Assembly (NCBI GenBank): GCA_964435055.1
Contig: CAYSYX010000073.1
Location: 1,996 to 27,737 of the forward strand
Direction: 5' to 3'
Length of the DNA stretch: 25,742 bases
From: an uncultured Polyangium sp.
GTDB lineage: Bacteria > Myxococcota_A > Polyangia > Polyangiales > Polyangiaceae
Below are positions 1 through 8,363 of this stretch, in pieces. Below the pieces are notes generated by a model. It was not told the DNA's origin. It saw only the letters and a program-made list of their open reading frames with translations, and searched no databases. Position 1 is the first letter of the stretch. Each line of letters starts with the position of its first letter. The position numbers and the translations under genes are program-made.

Positions 1-91
1 ATCCCCTTGCCCACAATTCACACCCCGCGGCCTCAATCCCCTTGCCCACAATTCACACCCCGCGGCCTCAATCCCCTTGCCCACAATTCAA
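1..91. repeat. 35-bp tandem direct repeat, about 2.6 copies (atccccttgcccacaattcacaccccgcggcctca); the window start may truncate a longer array
   Basis: Copies at 1-35 and 36-70 are identical; a third copy starting at 71 diverges after ~21 nt. No spacers are present, so this is not CRISPR-like. Confidence 0.85.
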
Positions 92-117
92 CGCGTGTCC
101 TCTCGATTCCCCCTGCC

Positions 118-222
118 CGTCGGTACCCCAAAACTCCACCGCTGTGCCTTGCTCCTGCCGATCGGTACACCCCAACCTCCAACTTCATGCGTTGGCTTAC
201 CTCTTCGGTACACCCACACCCA
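118..222. promoter_or_regulatory. Three spaced direct repeats CGGTAC(A)CCCCA at ~118, ~160 and ~204 (spacing ~42-44 bp), upstream of the kinase gene; candidate regulator-binding sites
   Basis: gtcggtacccca, gatcggtacacccca and cttcggtacacccacaccca were read directly. The spacing is about 4 helical turns. A regulatory function is inferred. Confidence 0.3.
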
Positions 223-322
223 AACGTTGATCTTCGGGCGAGCCCTTCGGTTCGTCTCGTTCTGATATTTCGACGTTTGTTTCTGGACCTTTGACCTCGT
301 TTGCAACGATACTGCGCTTCGC

Positions 323-3300
323 ATGCAAAACGGGCAGGTCGTGGGCGATCGCTTTCGCCTCGAAGCCTTCGTCGGACAAGGCGGGATGGCACGCGTTTTT
401 CGCGCGACGGATCTCGCTTCCGGTCAGCCCGTCGCCATCAAAGTTCTTCTCGACAAAGAAGAAGCAAATCGCGAACGTTTTGCGCGCGAAGCCGAAGTTC
501 TCGCCAAGCTTCAACATCCCAACATCGTCGCTTACATCGCCCACGGGGAGACCGAGACAAACGCCTGGATCGCCATGGAATGGCTCGGCGGTGAAGCCCT
601 CACTCGACGCATGGGCAAACCCATGCCCATCGCCGACGCCGTCATCGTCTTCACTCGCATCGCCGAAGCCCTCGCCGTCGCGCATCAAAACGGCATCATT
701 CACCGCGATCTCGCCCCCGGAAACATCATCCTCATCGACGGTGACATCCGCAAACCCAAGCTGCTCGACTTCGGTATCGCCCGCATCGGCGGAGCAAGAC
801 GCGAGCTCACGAGGCGCGGCGCTTTGCTTGGATCCATGGGCTATATGGCTCCCGAACAAGCGCGCGGCGACAAACAGATCGACGTGCGCGCCGACATCTT
901 CGCGCTCGGCTGTCTCATGTTTCACGCCCTCACCGGAAAGCGGCTTTTCGAGGGCGGAGACTCGCTTGCGTACCTCGTCCGCGTCGTCGTCGAAGATGCT
1001 CCGCGCCTTGGAGTGTTACGCCCGGACGCACCCTCGTGGCTCGAAGCAGTCCTCGGAAAAATGCTCGCGCGAGCGCCCGCGGATCGTTACGCAAACGCCG
1101 CCGTGCTCGCGAAAGAATTCGATCGCGTCGCGTCGCTCGACAACGACGAAACAACCGTCGACGATGTGCCGTCCCTGCATACGACAGGGTCGCTTGGGGC
1201 GGCCGAACAACGCGTGCACTGCATCTTGCTCATCACGCCGCCCGATCAACCCAGCAATCGCACGGGCGCGTATACGAACGCGCGAGCGGTGTTGGATCCC
1301 ATCGCCACGAGCCTCGAAGGCACCGTGGACGCGCTCGCCGACGGCCACTTGCTCGTGACGTTTCGCGCTGCCCGAACAGCGACCGACGAAGCGGCTCGAG
1401 CCGCACGATGTGCTCTCGCGTTCGGCGCGGCCATCGAAGGTGAGCGAGCGGCAATCGTTGCTGTTCAAAGCGCCGGCGATACGTTCTTGAGCTCGACGCT
1501 GAACGGTCTGTTACCGCTGCTCGAACGAGCTCCTGCGGACACCGTCGCCGTCGATGATGTCACCGCGGGACTTTTGGGCGCGCGATTCGACGTCGGCGGT
1601 GACGAGCGCGGCCTTTATTTGCGTGCCGAACGCGATGTCACGGAGCAAACCCGGATGCTCCTGGGCAAACCCATTCCGTTTATCGGACGAGACGCCGAAT
1701 TTGCGCAACTTCGCCAGATCGTCGAACAAACCGAGCGGGACATCACGGCCCGAGCGGTGATCGTCACCGGGGACGCGGGCGTTGGAAAGTCGCGCTTGCG
1801 CCAAGAAATCGTGTTATGGTTGGCTTCGCGAAACCGTCCGACGGAAGCCTGGATCGGTCAAGCGGATTCCATCGCGGCGGGAGCTTCCTTCGGAGCCATT
1901 TCCCGTGCGATGCGTCGATTGTCCGGTTTGACGCCGGGAGAACCATTGCACGTCGCGCAGCGAAAACTCCGGGCCCGTATCGGCAGAAACGTGGATCCCA
2001 TGCGCGCGGCGACGGTCACCGAATTTTTCGCCGAATTCATGGGCTTGCATTTCGACACCGACGGTCGTCCGCAATTGCTCGCCGCCCGTCGCAACACCAT
2101 GATGATGTGGGATTCGTTGCGACGCTCATTCGAAGAGTTTGTCCTCGCCGAATCTCGTGACAGCACGGTGGTCTTGGTGCTCGAGGACATGCATTACGGT
2201 GATATTTCCACGGTGAGCCTCATCGAACCGATGCTCGCCAAGCGCATACCGTTTGTCGTCATGGTCTTCGGTCGCCCGGATCTTTCTCGACAACTGCCGG
2301 ATTTATGGGCTGCGCATACGCCGACGACGATGACGCTCGGACCCTTTTCGCCGCAAGACAGCCAGACCTTCGTCCGAACAGCATTGGGTCCCAAAGGCAA
2401 ACCGGCGTTCGTCGCGCACATCGCCGAACGTAGCGGCGGGAATCCGTTTTTCCTGGAAGAACTCATTCGTGCCGCGGTCCGCAGCAAAGATCAATCCTTG
2501 CCCGATACGGTCGTCGCCATGGTGCAAGGCATGCTCGAAAATGTCGACCCGCGAGCTCGACGCGCATTGCGGGCCGCGAGCATCATCGGCGATACGTTCA
2601 GCAAAACGAGCCTCGCGGCATTGCTTGGCGAAGACGCCAAAGACGTCGACGGTTTACTGGAAAAACTCCTCGCCGCCGAAGTCTTGCAACGCGCGGAATC
2701 GAGCTTGCGGTCGGATGTCGGTCAGGCGCTCGAATACTCGTTTCGCCATGCCTACGTGCGAGAAACCGCGTATGCGATGCTCACCGAAGACGATCGGGCA
2801 TTGGGGCATAAACTTGCCGCGCGACATTTCGCCGCCCTTGGAAATACCGATGATTCACAGTTGGCCGAGCATTTTGCCCGCGCCCGAGAACCGCAACGCG
2901 CCATTCGGCATTTTACGCGCGCCGCCGCCCAAGCCTTGAGCGGCAGCGACCTGGCCCGAGCCATTGCCTTGGCTGAACGAGGTATCGCGTGCGGAGCCGC
3001 CGACGATGACCTCGGCACATTGCTCGTGATTCAAGCGGAAGCTCATCGATGGCGTGGAAATAGCGTCGAAGCCGTTCGTTGTGCGAGCCAAGCGATTCAA
3101 GTGCTCGTTCGCGGCACGGATGGCTGGTGCACCGCAGCGTATGAATGGCTTTCCAGCGCCTTGCTCATGGGCGATGCAAGTCCACTCGATACCGTCGTTC
3201 CCGCATTGTCGGAGATCATGTCCACCCATGCGACGCGAAAACCCGCGGTCGCCATTGCTTGTGCACGATTGGCCACGATGCTGTACATGGCCGATCGGCG

Positions 3301-4174
3301 GGACATCGCCAATACGATGTTTCAATTGGCCGCGACGTACGAAGCGGAGGTCTCCACCAAAGATCCCTCCGTGCGAGTGCGAGTGCTCGAAGCGCGCGTG
3401 GTTCATTCTTTCGTGGCCGGGGATTTGGCGCGTGCGGTTTCGCTTGCCGAAGAATTGATCCGCGGATTGACGGATTTGGGCGATGTCCGCAGTATGGCGC
3501 TCGCGCGAAGCAATCAAGGCGTCGCTTTGAATGCCATGGGCGCGTATTCGGAAGCCGAAAGGACGTTGCGCGCGGGGCTCGAAGCGGCGGAACCATTGGG
3601 TTTGGCGCGGATACTCTGTGTCATTCAGCAAAACTTGGGTTTTTCTCTCGCGCATACGGGCCGACTCGAAGAAGCTCAGGGGCTTTTGTCGCGGAGCATT
3701 CGCGAATCGATTTTGCAGCGCAATCGCCGATTCGAAGCGGGCGCTCGCGTGTATTTGGCCATCGCCGCGCTTTATGCTCGAAAACTCGAAATCGCCGACG
3801 CCGAAGCTCGGGCCGCCGCGGATGCCATGGGTACTTCGTCCGTGGGTGTGTATGCCCTCGGCGCCCTGGCGTTATCCGAAATCATGCGGGGCCGATTGGA
3901 AGAAGCCAAAGTCACGGTCACGCGCGCATTGAATGCCATGGAAGCGTTGGGCGGGGCCATTGAAGAAGGCGAAGGAATCGCCCGCCTGGCCCATATCGAA
4001 TTGCTCGTCGCGTTGGGCGATGAAGTGGGAGCGCGGCATGCGCTCGGCATTGCCAAGGAGAGCTTGGTCGGCCGCGCAAATATGATTTCAAACCCGGAAT
4101 GGCGGCGAAGTTTCTTGGAAGTGGTGCCGGAACACAAGCGCACGATGGACTTGGCGGCACATTATCGAATTTGA
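323..4174 (+). CDS. Multidomain Hanks-type Ser/Thr protein kinase (N-terminal) fused to a P-loop NTPase (AAA/STAND-like) and C-terminal TPR-like helical repeats; the catalytic loop is atypical (HRDLAPGN)
   Basis: 1283-aa ORF. Kinase motifs present: GQGGMARV (Gly loop), VAIK, HRDLAPGN, DFG, APE. Walker A VTGDAGVGKSRL and Walker B VVLVLEDMHYGD. The Ala-rich C-terminal helical region is TPR-like. Confidence 0.9.
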   Translation: MQNGQVVGDRFRLEAFVGQGGMARVFRATDLASGQPVAIKVLLDKEEANRERFAREAEVLAKLQHPNIVAYIAHGETETNAWIAMEWLGGEALTRRMGKPMPIADAVIVFTRIAEALAVAHQNGIIHRDLAPGNIILIDGDIRKPKLLDFGIARIGGARRELTRRGALLGSMGYMAPEQARGDKQIDVRADIFALGCLMFHALTGKRLFEGGDSLAYLVRVVVEDAPRLGVLRPDAPSWLEAVLGKMLARAPADRYANAAVLAKEFDRVASLDNDETTVDDVPSLHTTGSLGAAEQRVHCILLITPPDQPSNRTGAYTNARAVLDPIATSLEGTVDALADGHLLVTFRAARTATDEAARAARCALAFGAAIEGERAAIVAVQSAGDTFLSSTLNGLLPLLERAPADTVAVDDVTAGLLGARFDVGGDERGLYLRAERDVTEQTRMLLGKPIPFIGRDAEFAQLRQIVEQTERDITARAVIVTGDAGVGKSRLRQEIVLWLASRNRPTEAWIGQADSIAAGASFGAISRAMRRLSGLTPGEPLHVAQRKLRARIGRNVDPMRAATVTEFFAEFMGLHFDTDGRPQLLAARRNTMMMWDSLRRSFEEFVLAESRDSTVVLVLEDMHYGDISTVSLIEPMLAKRIPFVVMVFGRPDLSRQLPDLWAAHTPTTMTLGPFSPQDSQTFVRTALGPKGKPAFVAHIAERSGGNPFFLEELIRAAVRSKDQSLPDTVVAMVQGMLENVDPRARRALRAASIIGDTFSKTSLAALLGEDAKDVDGLLEKLLAAEVLQRAESSLRSDVGQALEYSFRHAYVRETAYAMLTEDDRALGHKLAARHFAALGNTDDSQLAEHFARAREPQRAIRHFTRAAAQALSGSDLARAIALAERGIACGAADDDLGTLLVIQAEAHRWRGNSVEAVRCASQAIQVLVRGTDGWCTAAYEWLSSALLMGDASPLDTVVPALSEIMSTHATRKPAVAIACARLATMLYMADRRDIANTMFQLAATYEAEVSTKDPSVRVRVLEARVVHSFVAGDLARAVSLAEELIRGLTDLGDVRSMALARSNQGVALNAMGAYSEAERTLRAGLEAAEPLGLARILCVIQQNLGFSLAHTGRLEEAQGLLSRSIRESILQRNRRFEAGARVYLAIAALYARKLEIADAEARAAADAMGTSSVGVYALGALALSEIMRGRLEEAKVTVTRALNAMEALGGAIEEGEGIARLAHIELLVALGDEVGARHALGIAKESLVGRANMISNPEWRRSFLEVVPEHKRTMDLAAHYRI

Positions 4175-4186
4175 CATCAAACCTTG

Positions 4187-4208
4187 TTGCGTCGCGCAAG
4201 CGACGCAA
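4187..4208 (+). terminator. GC-rich hairpin with a GNRA (GCAA) tetraloop 13 nt after the kinase stop: ttgcgtcgc-gcaa-gcgacgcaa
   Basis: Perfect 9-bp inverted repeat with a 4-nt loop, read directly. No U-run follows, so it is not a canonical intrinsic terminator. Confidence 0.35.
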
Positions 4209-4215
4209 TGCCGGG

Positions 4216-4285
4216 GGCAAGGGGCCTCCGCCCCTTGCCGGATCGAGGGCGGGGAGCCCTCGTGGGGCGTGGGGCAACGCCCCAC
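4216..4285 (+). repeat. REP-like triple-hairpin intergenic element, copy A, between convergent genes
   Basis: Three hairpins: ggcaaggggc-ctcc-gccccttgcc, cgagggc-gggga-gccctcg, tggggc-aac-gcccca. Related copies occur at 14135-14198 and 25691-25742 (inverted) with compensatory stem changes. Confidence 0.6.
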
Positions 4286-4290
4286 TTTGA

Positions 4291-5883
4291 TTAAGCGCGG
4301 GACATCGCGGGACGAATCGACTTGGCCGCTCGTCGAGCCAATGCCGAGCACAAACCGAACAGGCCGAGCAACGCGGCGGCCAATTCGCGACGCTTGCGCC
4401 GATCATGGCGCGCGTCCATATCCGGCGGAATCATCGCCGACGGCGCAACTTCCTGACACGGCACGTTGGCTTTGCGTCCCGGGACAATCCAATTGTCAAT
4501 TTCCGCTTGTTTCTCTTCGGGAGCCAGCGTCAAATCCGTCTCCAACGCTTTGCGCGACAAATTGCCCTCGATACGCGTGAGCCACACACTCGCGGGATGT
4601 TGCCCGAGCATCGCCATCTTCAAATCATTGAGCGGCACGTCGGGTTGGTCGAACGAAGGCGCACACTCGAATACTCGAGAATCGATTTGTCCCGGCATCA
4701 CGTCGGCGCACGGCATGTTCGGGTCGGTGCACAAATCGACGACCATATCCATGCTGGTTGCGTATTCGCCGAACTTCGCTGCGCAATCCGGATCGCTCGT
4801 TTCGGAATTGTTATACGCGGTGACCGTGAAAAACTGCGCAATGGTATTCACCGTGCCCGTATTGGTTTGATACGTCGATGGAGTACCTTGGGAATTGTTG
4901 ATTTGCGAAAGGAGCCCGCCCACGTGCGCATACGTGCTGAGCCACGAGCGACCTTCGTTTTGCGCCAAGAATTCGAGCCTCCGGGACGCATAATCCGACG
5001 AGCTCGACGCATAATCCCACGTCAAGTTTACCGCAGGAATCGCGACGTTCGGGAAATTCTCCGGTTGCCAACGTCCTTCACCGATCACGAAAAGCGTCAC
5101 CGCCGTCTCCGCGCCCGTGCCTGCCGCAACCATGCGTAAAGGCAATGCCGGCGATGCGCCCGGAGAAACCACTCGCACCGGTTTCATGCTTTGCACGCCG
5201 ACATTGGGCTTGAGCTTCATCGCAATGAAATCAAAACCTTCCGCTTGGTACTGATCAATCACCGGCTGAATGGAGGCATCCGCGGCAAACCCATTCATTT
5301 TGAGCCAATCGACGAGCACGCCCGGCACGTTCGCTTGCAACGTGAGGACCTCGTAAGGCCCCACGGTCGCCCGGTCGACGACTTCCACCGGCGGCGGTTG
5401 TTGCGGAACACCGTCGACCCCGCCTCCGGTGCCCGTACCATCAGCCATCATCCCCCCGGAAGCGTCACTCATCGATCCGCAACAACTCAGGCCGCTGAAA
5501 TCGTCGCCGCCCCCTTCGAAAAAGTCCCCGCCATTAAAAGGCGCGCAATTGACGGACGGCGCGAGCACGCGCGTCGAAGTCGCCGCGTCGAGCGCATTGA
5601 ACCACGCGTCACTGGCCAGCTCCAAATGAGCACCGGGTTTTACCGGAAGCACCCACGCAAACTCCGCCGGCGATCCGCTGTATTCGACTTGATCCCAAAG
5701 CACCGTTTGGGCCGGCGAGATGGCAAAAGCCATACGATGACCCGTCACGACACTGATTTCAGGCCCCGGCGGATTCTCCTCATGAAAACATCCCCCGCAC
5801 GCCTGCGCATCCGATGTCACGAGGCCCGAAACGGCCAACATCGATGCCCCCGCCAACATAAGAAATCGCGAAGTCCTCAACAT
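4291..5883 (-). CDS. Secreted or membrane-anchored hypothetical protein: signal peptide, CGGC motif, Gly/Asp-rich linker, C-terminal hydrophobic anchor with basic tail
   Basis: Start at 5883 is preceded by GGAAGGAG-N7-ATG. The N-terminus MLRTSRFLMLAGASMLAVSGLVTSDAQA|CGGCF is a classic signal peptide with an AXA cleavage site. The C-terminus AAALLGLFGLCSALARRAAK looks like a TM anchor. Family is not identified (possibly a DUF-type family; unverified). Confidence 0.6.
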   Translation of the reverse strand: MLRTSRFLMLAGASMLAVSGLVTSDAQACGGCFHEENPPGPEISVVTGHRMAFAISPAQTVLWDQVEYSGSPAEFAWVLPVKPGAHLELASDAWFNALDAATSTRVLAPSVNCAPFNGGDFFEGGGDDFSGLSCCGSMSDASGGMMADGTGTGGGVDGVPQQPPPVEVVDRATVGPYEVLTLQANVPGVLVDWLKMNGFAADASIQPVIDQYQAEGFDFIAMKLKPNVGVQSMKPVRVVSPGASPALPLRMVAAGTGAETAVTLFVIGEGRWQPENFPNVAIPAVNLTWDYASSSSDYASRRLEFLAQNEGRSWLSTYAHVGGLLSQINNSQGTPSTYQTNTGTVNTIAQFFTVTAYNNSETSDPDCAAKFGEYATSMDMVVDLCTDPNMPCADVMPGQIDSRVFECAPSFDQPDVPLNDLKMAMLGQHPASVWLTRIEGNLSRKALETDLTLAPEEKQAEIDNWIVPGRKANVPCQEVAPSAMIPPDMDARHDRRKRRELAAALLGLFGLCSALARRAAKSIRPAMSRA

Positions 5884-5960
5884 GTTCAAGCTCCTTCCGA
5901 CGAGCACGCGTGTGCCCATGTTCGCAAGCATATCGCAGAATTCGCCCGAGGAAAAGCGTC

Positions 5961-6707
5961 TCATTCTCTGGGCAGGCGGTTTCCGTTACGATACCCGCCC
6001 ATCACGAGGCGAATTTCGTCTTCGTACAAGAATGTCCCCCAATATTGTTCGACTTCCCCGTCGAGCAAAAAGCCCAAGTGCAAATGCCAACTGCCATTGG
6101 CCACGCCGGATATGCCCAACAAGTCCCCCGCCTCCACACGCGTCCGCGGCGATTTTCCTTCCGCCTGCATAAGCGCGAGCTTCGACAGATGCGCGTAATA
6201 AATGTGCGTAATGCGGCGCCCGTTATGAGCAATGGGTTCGTCGAGCTCGATACGCACGCAATTCGCGGTATCTCGAGGGCCCGTCCAGAGCGTATGCCCC
6301 GTCTCCGCGTAATCGATGAACCCCGACGCAATTGCGTACACCGGCATTTTGATGCCCATGACGTCGAGCCCCGTGTCTGCGCGATAACCGGAGATGACTC
6401 CCCCAGGCATGGGATTGAACAGACCGCTGGGAAGCCGTTTGGATTGCGTCGTGCCTTTGGGCCATTGCGGATGAATTGGTTTGTCTATCGACACCATTTC
6501 AGACGCCGGAGCGGTCTTCGCCAAATGCGCCTCGACCGGTGATTGCTGCATTTCCCCCGGCCCCTCGACGAGACGTTGCACGACCCAATTCGGGGGCGCG
6601 GGCGCAGCCGTGGACGAAGCGGTTTTCGGTTCGACGACCGTCGATGAACAACCCTGGACGCAAAAAGCGCAAAGCAAAACAAAGAATGTCCAAGTCTTCG
6701 GACTCAT
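5961..6707 (-). CDS. M23/LytM-family peptidase-like lipoprotein, probably in an operon with the downstream secreted protein
   Basis: Start chosen at MSPKTWTFFVLLCAFCVQGC (signal plus lipobox). M23 motifs YAHLSKL and GSWHLHLGF are present. The first Zn-ligand motif reads DTGLD rather than HxGxD. No obvious SD, so the start is uncertain (the ORF extends to 6761). Confidence 0.65.
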   Translation of the reverse strand: MSPKTWTFFVLLCAFCVQGCSSTVVEPKTASSTAAPAPPNWVVQRLVEGPGEMQQSPVEAHLAKTAPASEMVSIDKPIHPQWPKGTTQSKRLPSGLFNPMPGGVISGYRADTGLDVMGIKMPVYAIASGFIDYAETGHTLWTGPRDTANCVRIELDEPIAHNGRRITHIYYAHLSKLALMQAEGKSPRTRVEAGDLLGISGVANGSWHLHLGFLLDGEVEQYWGTFLYEDEIRLVMGGYRNGNRLPRE

Positions 6708-6792
6708 GTCGAGGCATCGCGGATCGGCACCGTTGTGTGACGAGAAAAGATCCGCGGTCACAAACTTTTCTCGGTGCGTCTATCCGGATGGC

Positions 6793-8139
6793 ATGGACAA
6801 CACATCGACACCCACTACGCATAAAGCGCCCGCACCAGTTTCCTCCACGGAGCGCGTCGTGTTGCTCGACGTCATTCGCGGATTCGCCTTGGGCGGCGTC
6901 TTTTTTTCCAATATCTTCTTATGGTTCAACGGCAAATTCCTGCTCCCTCCGACGTTTTGGCAATCGTACAAACCGGAGGGCGTGAATGCTGTTTTCGGGT
7001 GGATCTTCCGCTACCTGGTGTTCGGCCGATTCATTACGATCTTCAGTTTTCTGTTCGGCCTGGGCATCGCCATGCAATTCTTCCGAGCAGAAAACCGTGA
7101 TGATTCCGCGGCGTGGCGTTACACGCGCCGAGCGGCCGTCATGACGTTCTTCGGCGCCTTGCATTTGTCGCTCATTTGGTACGGCGACATTTTGCATATC
7201 TACGCGATCTTCGGTTTTTCGCTGCTGCTCTTCCGTCGCGCATCCACGAAAACGTTGATTGTCGCAGGCGGGCTCTTGACGTTCCTCGTTCCGCTCCTGG
7301 CCCAATGGGGAGAACAATTTTTGCCGCTGCTCTGGACGACCTCCGAAGCATTCAAAGAGAAACAAACGGCGACCACGGCGCAGATTGCGGAAACCAATGC
7401 GCACTTGTTGACGCTGTTGAAAAGCAATTCATTTGTGGACATCGTGCGCGGCAACGTGCTCGTGTATGGGCATCACTTCGCGCGCTTGCACGTCCTTGGG
7501 TTTTACCTGGGATTGGTCGGGAATTTCCTGCTGGGGTTCGCCGCGGGACGCGTCGAATTGTTTGCAAACGTGGACAAATTCCGACGGCTGTTTCGACATT
7601 TGCTCGGTTGGGGCCTCGTGACGGGCATTGTCGGCGGCGTCGGCATGATGATCGTCCGCAATTCCGGTCCGGGCAAAGATTATTTCAAGACAAACGAGAC
7701 GGTCGTGCCCTTGTTGATGCCGGTCATGCGCGAAGTGTCGACCTTGGGTATGGCGGCGTTTTACCTGGCCGCGATCGCACTGCTCTTCCAACGATCCTGG
7801 GGAAGCCGAATTCTTTCGATTTACGCGCCCGTGGGCCGTATGGCCGTGACGAACTACTTGTTGCAAAGCGTGGTGGCGCTGTTTGTCTTCACGGGGATCG
7901 GCTTGGGCAAAATCGGCGATATGTCGCCCGTGTGGTCGGTGTACGTGCCGGCGGTGGTCTTCGTGTTGCAGATGGTGCTGAGCCACCTATGGCTGAAACG
8001 ATTCGGTTATGGTCCGGTGGAATGGTTGTGGCGCACGATGACGTACGGCAAGCGCCTGTCGCTCGAGGAAAACAGGGCCGCGGCGAACGTAAAGGACGAA
8101 CCCTCCGAAGAAGCAGCGGTCGGAGTGGGCTCCTTGTGA
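6793..8139 (+). CDS. DUF418/YeiB-like polytopic membrane protein
   Basis: The N-terminus ERVVLLDVIRGFALGGVFFSNIF matches the characteristic start of DUF418/YeiB proteins (RIxxLDxLRGFALLGIL). Multiple hydrophobic segments follow. Start at 6793 was chosen to avoid overlap with the opposite-strand M23 gene. Confidence 0.65.
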   Translation: MDNTSTPTTHKAPAPVSSTERVVLLDVIRGFALGGVFFSNIFLWFNGKFLLPPTFWQSYKPEGVNAVFGWIFRYLVFGRFITIFSFLFGLGIAMQFFRAENRDDSAAWRYTRRAAVMTFFGALHLSLIWYGDILHIYAIFGFSLLLFRRASTKTLIVAGGLLTFLVPLLAQWGEQFLPLLWTTSEAFKEKQTATTAQIAETNAHLLTLLKSNSFVDIVRGNVLVYGHHFARLHVLGFYLGLVGNFLLGFAAGRVELFANVDKFRRLFRHLLGWGLVTGIVGGVGMMIVRNSGPGKDYFKTNETVVPLLMPVMREVSTLGMAAFYLAAIALLFQRSWGSRILSIYAPVGRMAVTNYLLQSVVALFVFTGIGLGKIGDMSPVWSVYVPAVVFVLQMVLSHLWLKRFGYGPVEWLWRTMTYGKRLSLEENRAAANVKDEPSEEAAVGVGSL

Positions 8140-8363
8140 ATCATTGAAGCCTCGCAACCCGAGCGCCCTCGATCGCCTCGAAACGCGTGCGTCGGACATC
8201 GGCGCGATCGCCCGAATCATCCCACCCATCGCCGGCAACGAAAATCATCGGATCGCGGGGAACTTCATCCATTCCCCGTTGTCTCTTGTCACTTCTGCCG
8301 GTCCCACGTAAAACCGTCGTCCCTCGGGCAAGCGATGCACCATCACCCCAGCGCAGGTCCTGC

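Noticed and set aside
1-105. Possible CRISPR array at the window start
   Set aside because: Repeats are directly tandem with no spacers and there are no cas genes nearby, so it is a minisatellite-type tandem repeat.
281-306. Sigma54 promoter-like TGGACC...TTGCA upstream of the first kinase
   Set aside because: GG and GC dinucleotides are 18 nt apart rather than the obligatory 12, so it does not fit the -24/-12 geometry.
197-925. Numerous 60-350-aa ORFs antisense to or overlapping the large genes (e.g. 197-925 -, 291-1358 +, 2855-3655 -, 12233-13210 -, 13298-14677 -, 15502-16383 -, 18068-19504 +, 19697-20716 +, 21795-23822 -, 25031-25738 -)
   Set aside because: They lie on the opposite strand or in other frames of well-supported genes. 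Their products are Arg/Pro/Ala-rich low-complexity sequence typical of spurious ORFs in GC-rich DNA.
1200-1700. Class III nucleotidyl-cyclase-like domain between the kinase and NTPase domains of the large STK proteins
   Set aside because: Only a vague resemblance was seen (hydrophobic beta-strand HCILLITPPD in place of F.DI.GFT). The metal-binding Asp residues are not evident. Treated as an uncharacterised linker domain.
6481-6792. Upstream extension of the DUF418 ORF (start at 6481)
   Set aside because: It would overlap the opposite-strand M23 lipoprotein gene by ~230 nt and the encoded segment is low-complexity. The conserved DUF418 N-terminal motif begins just after the Met at 6793.
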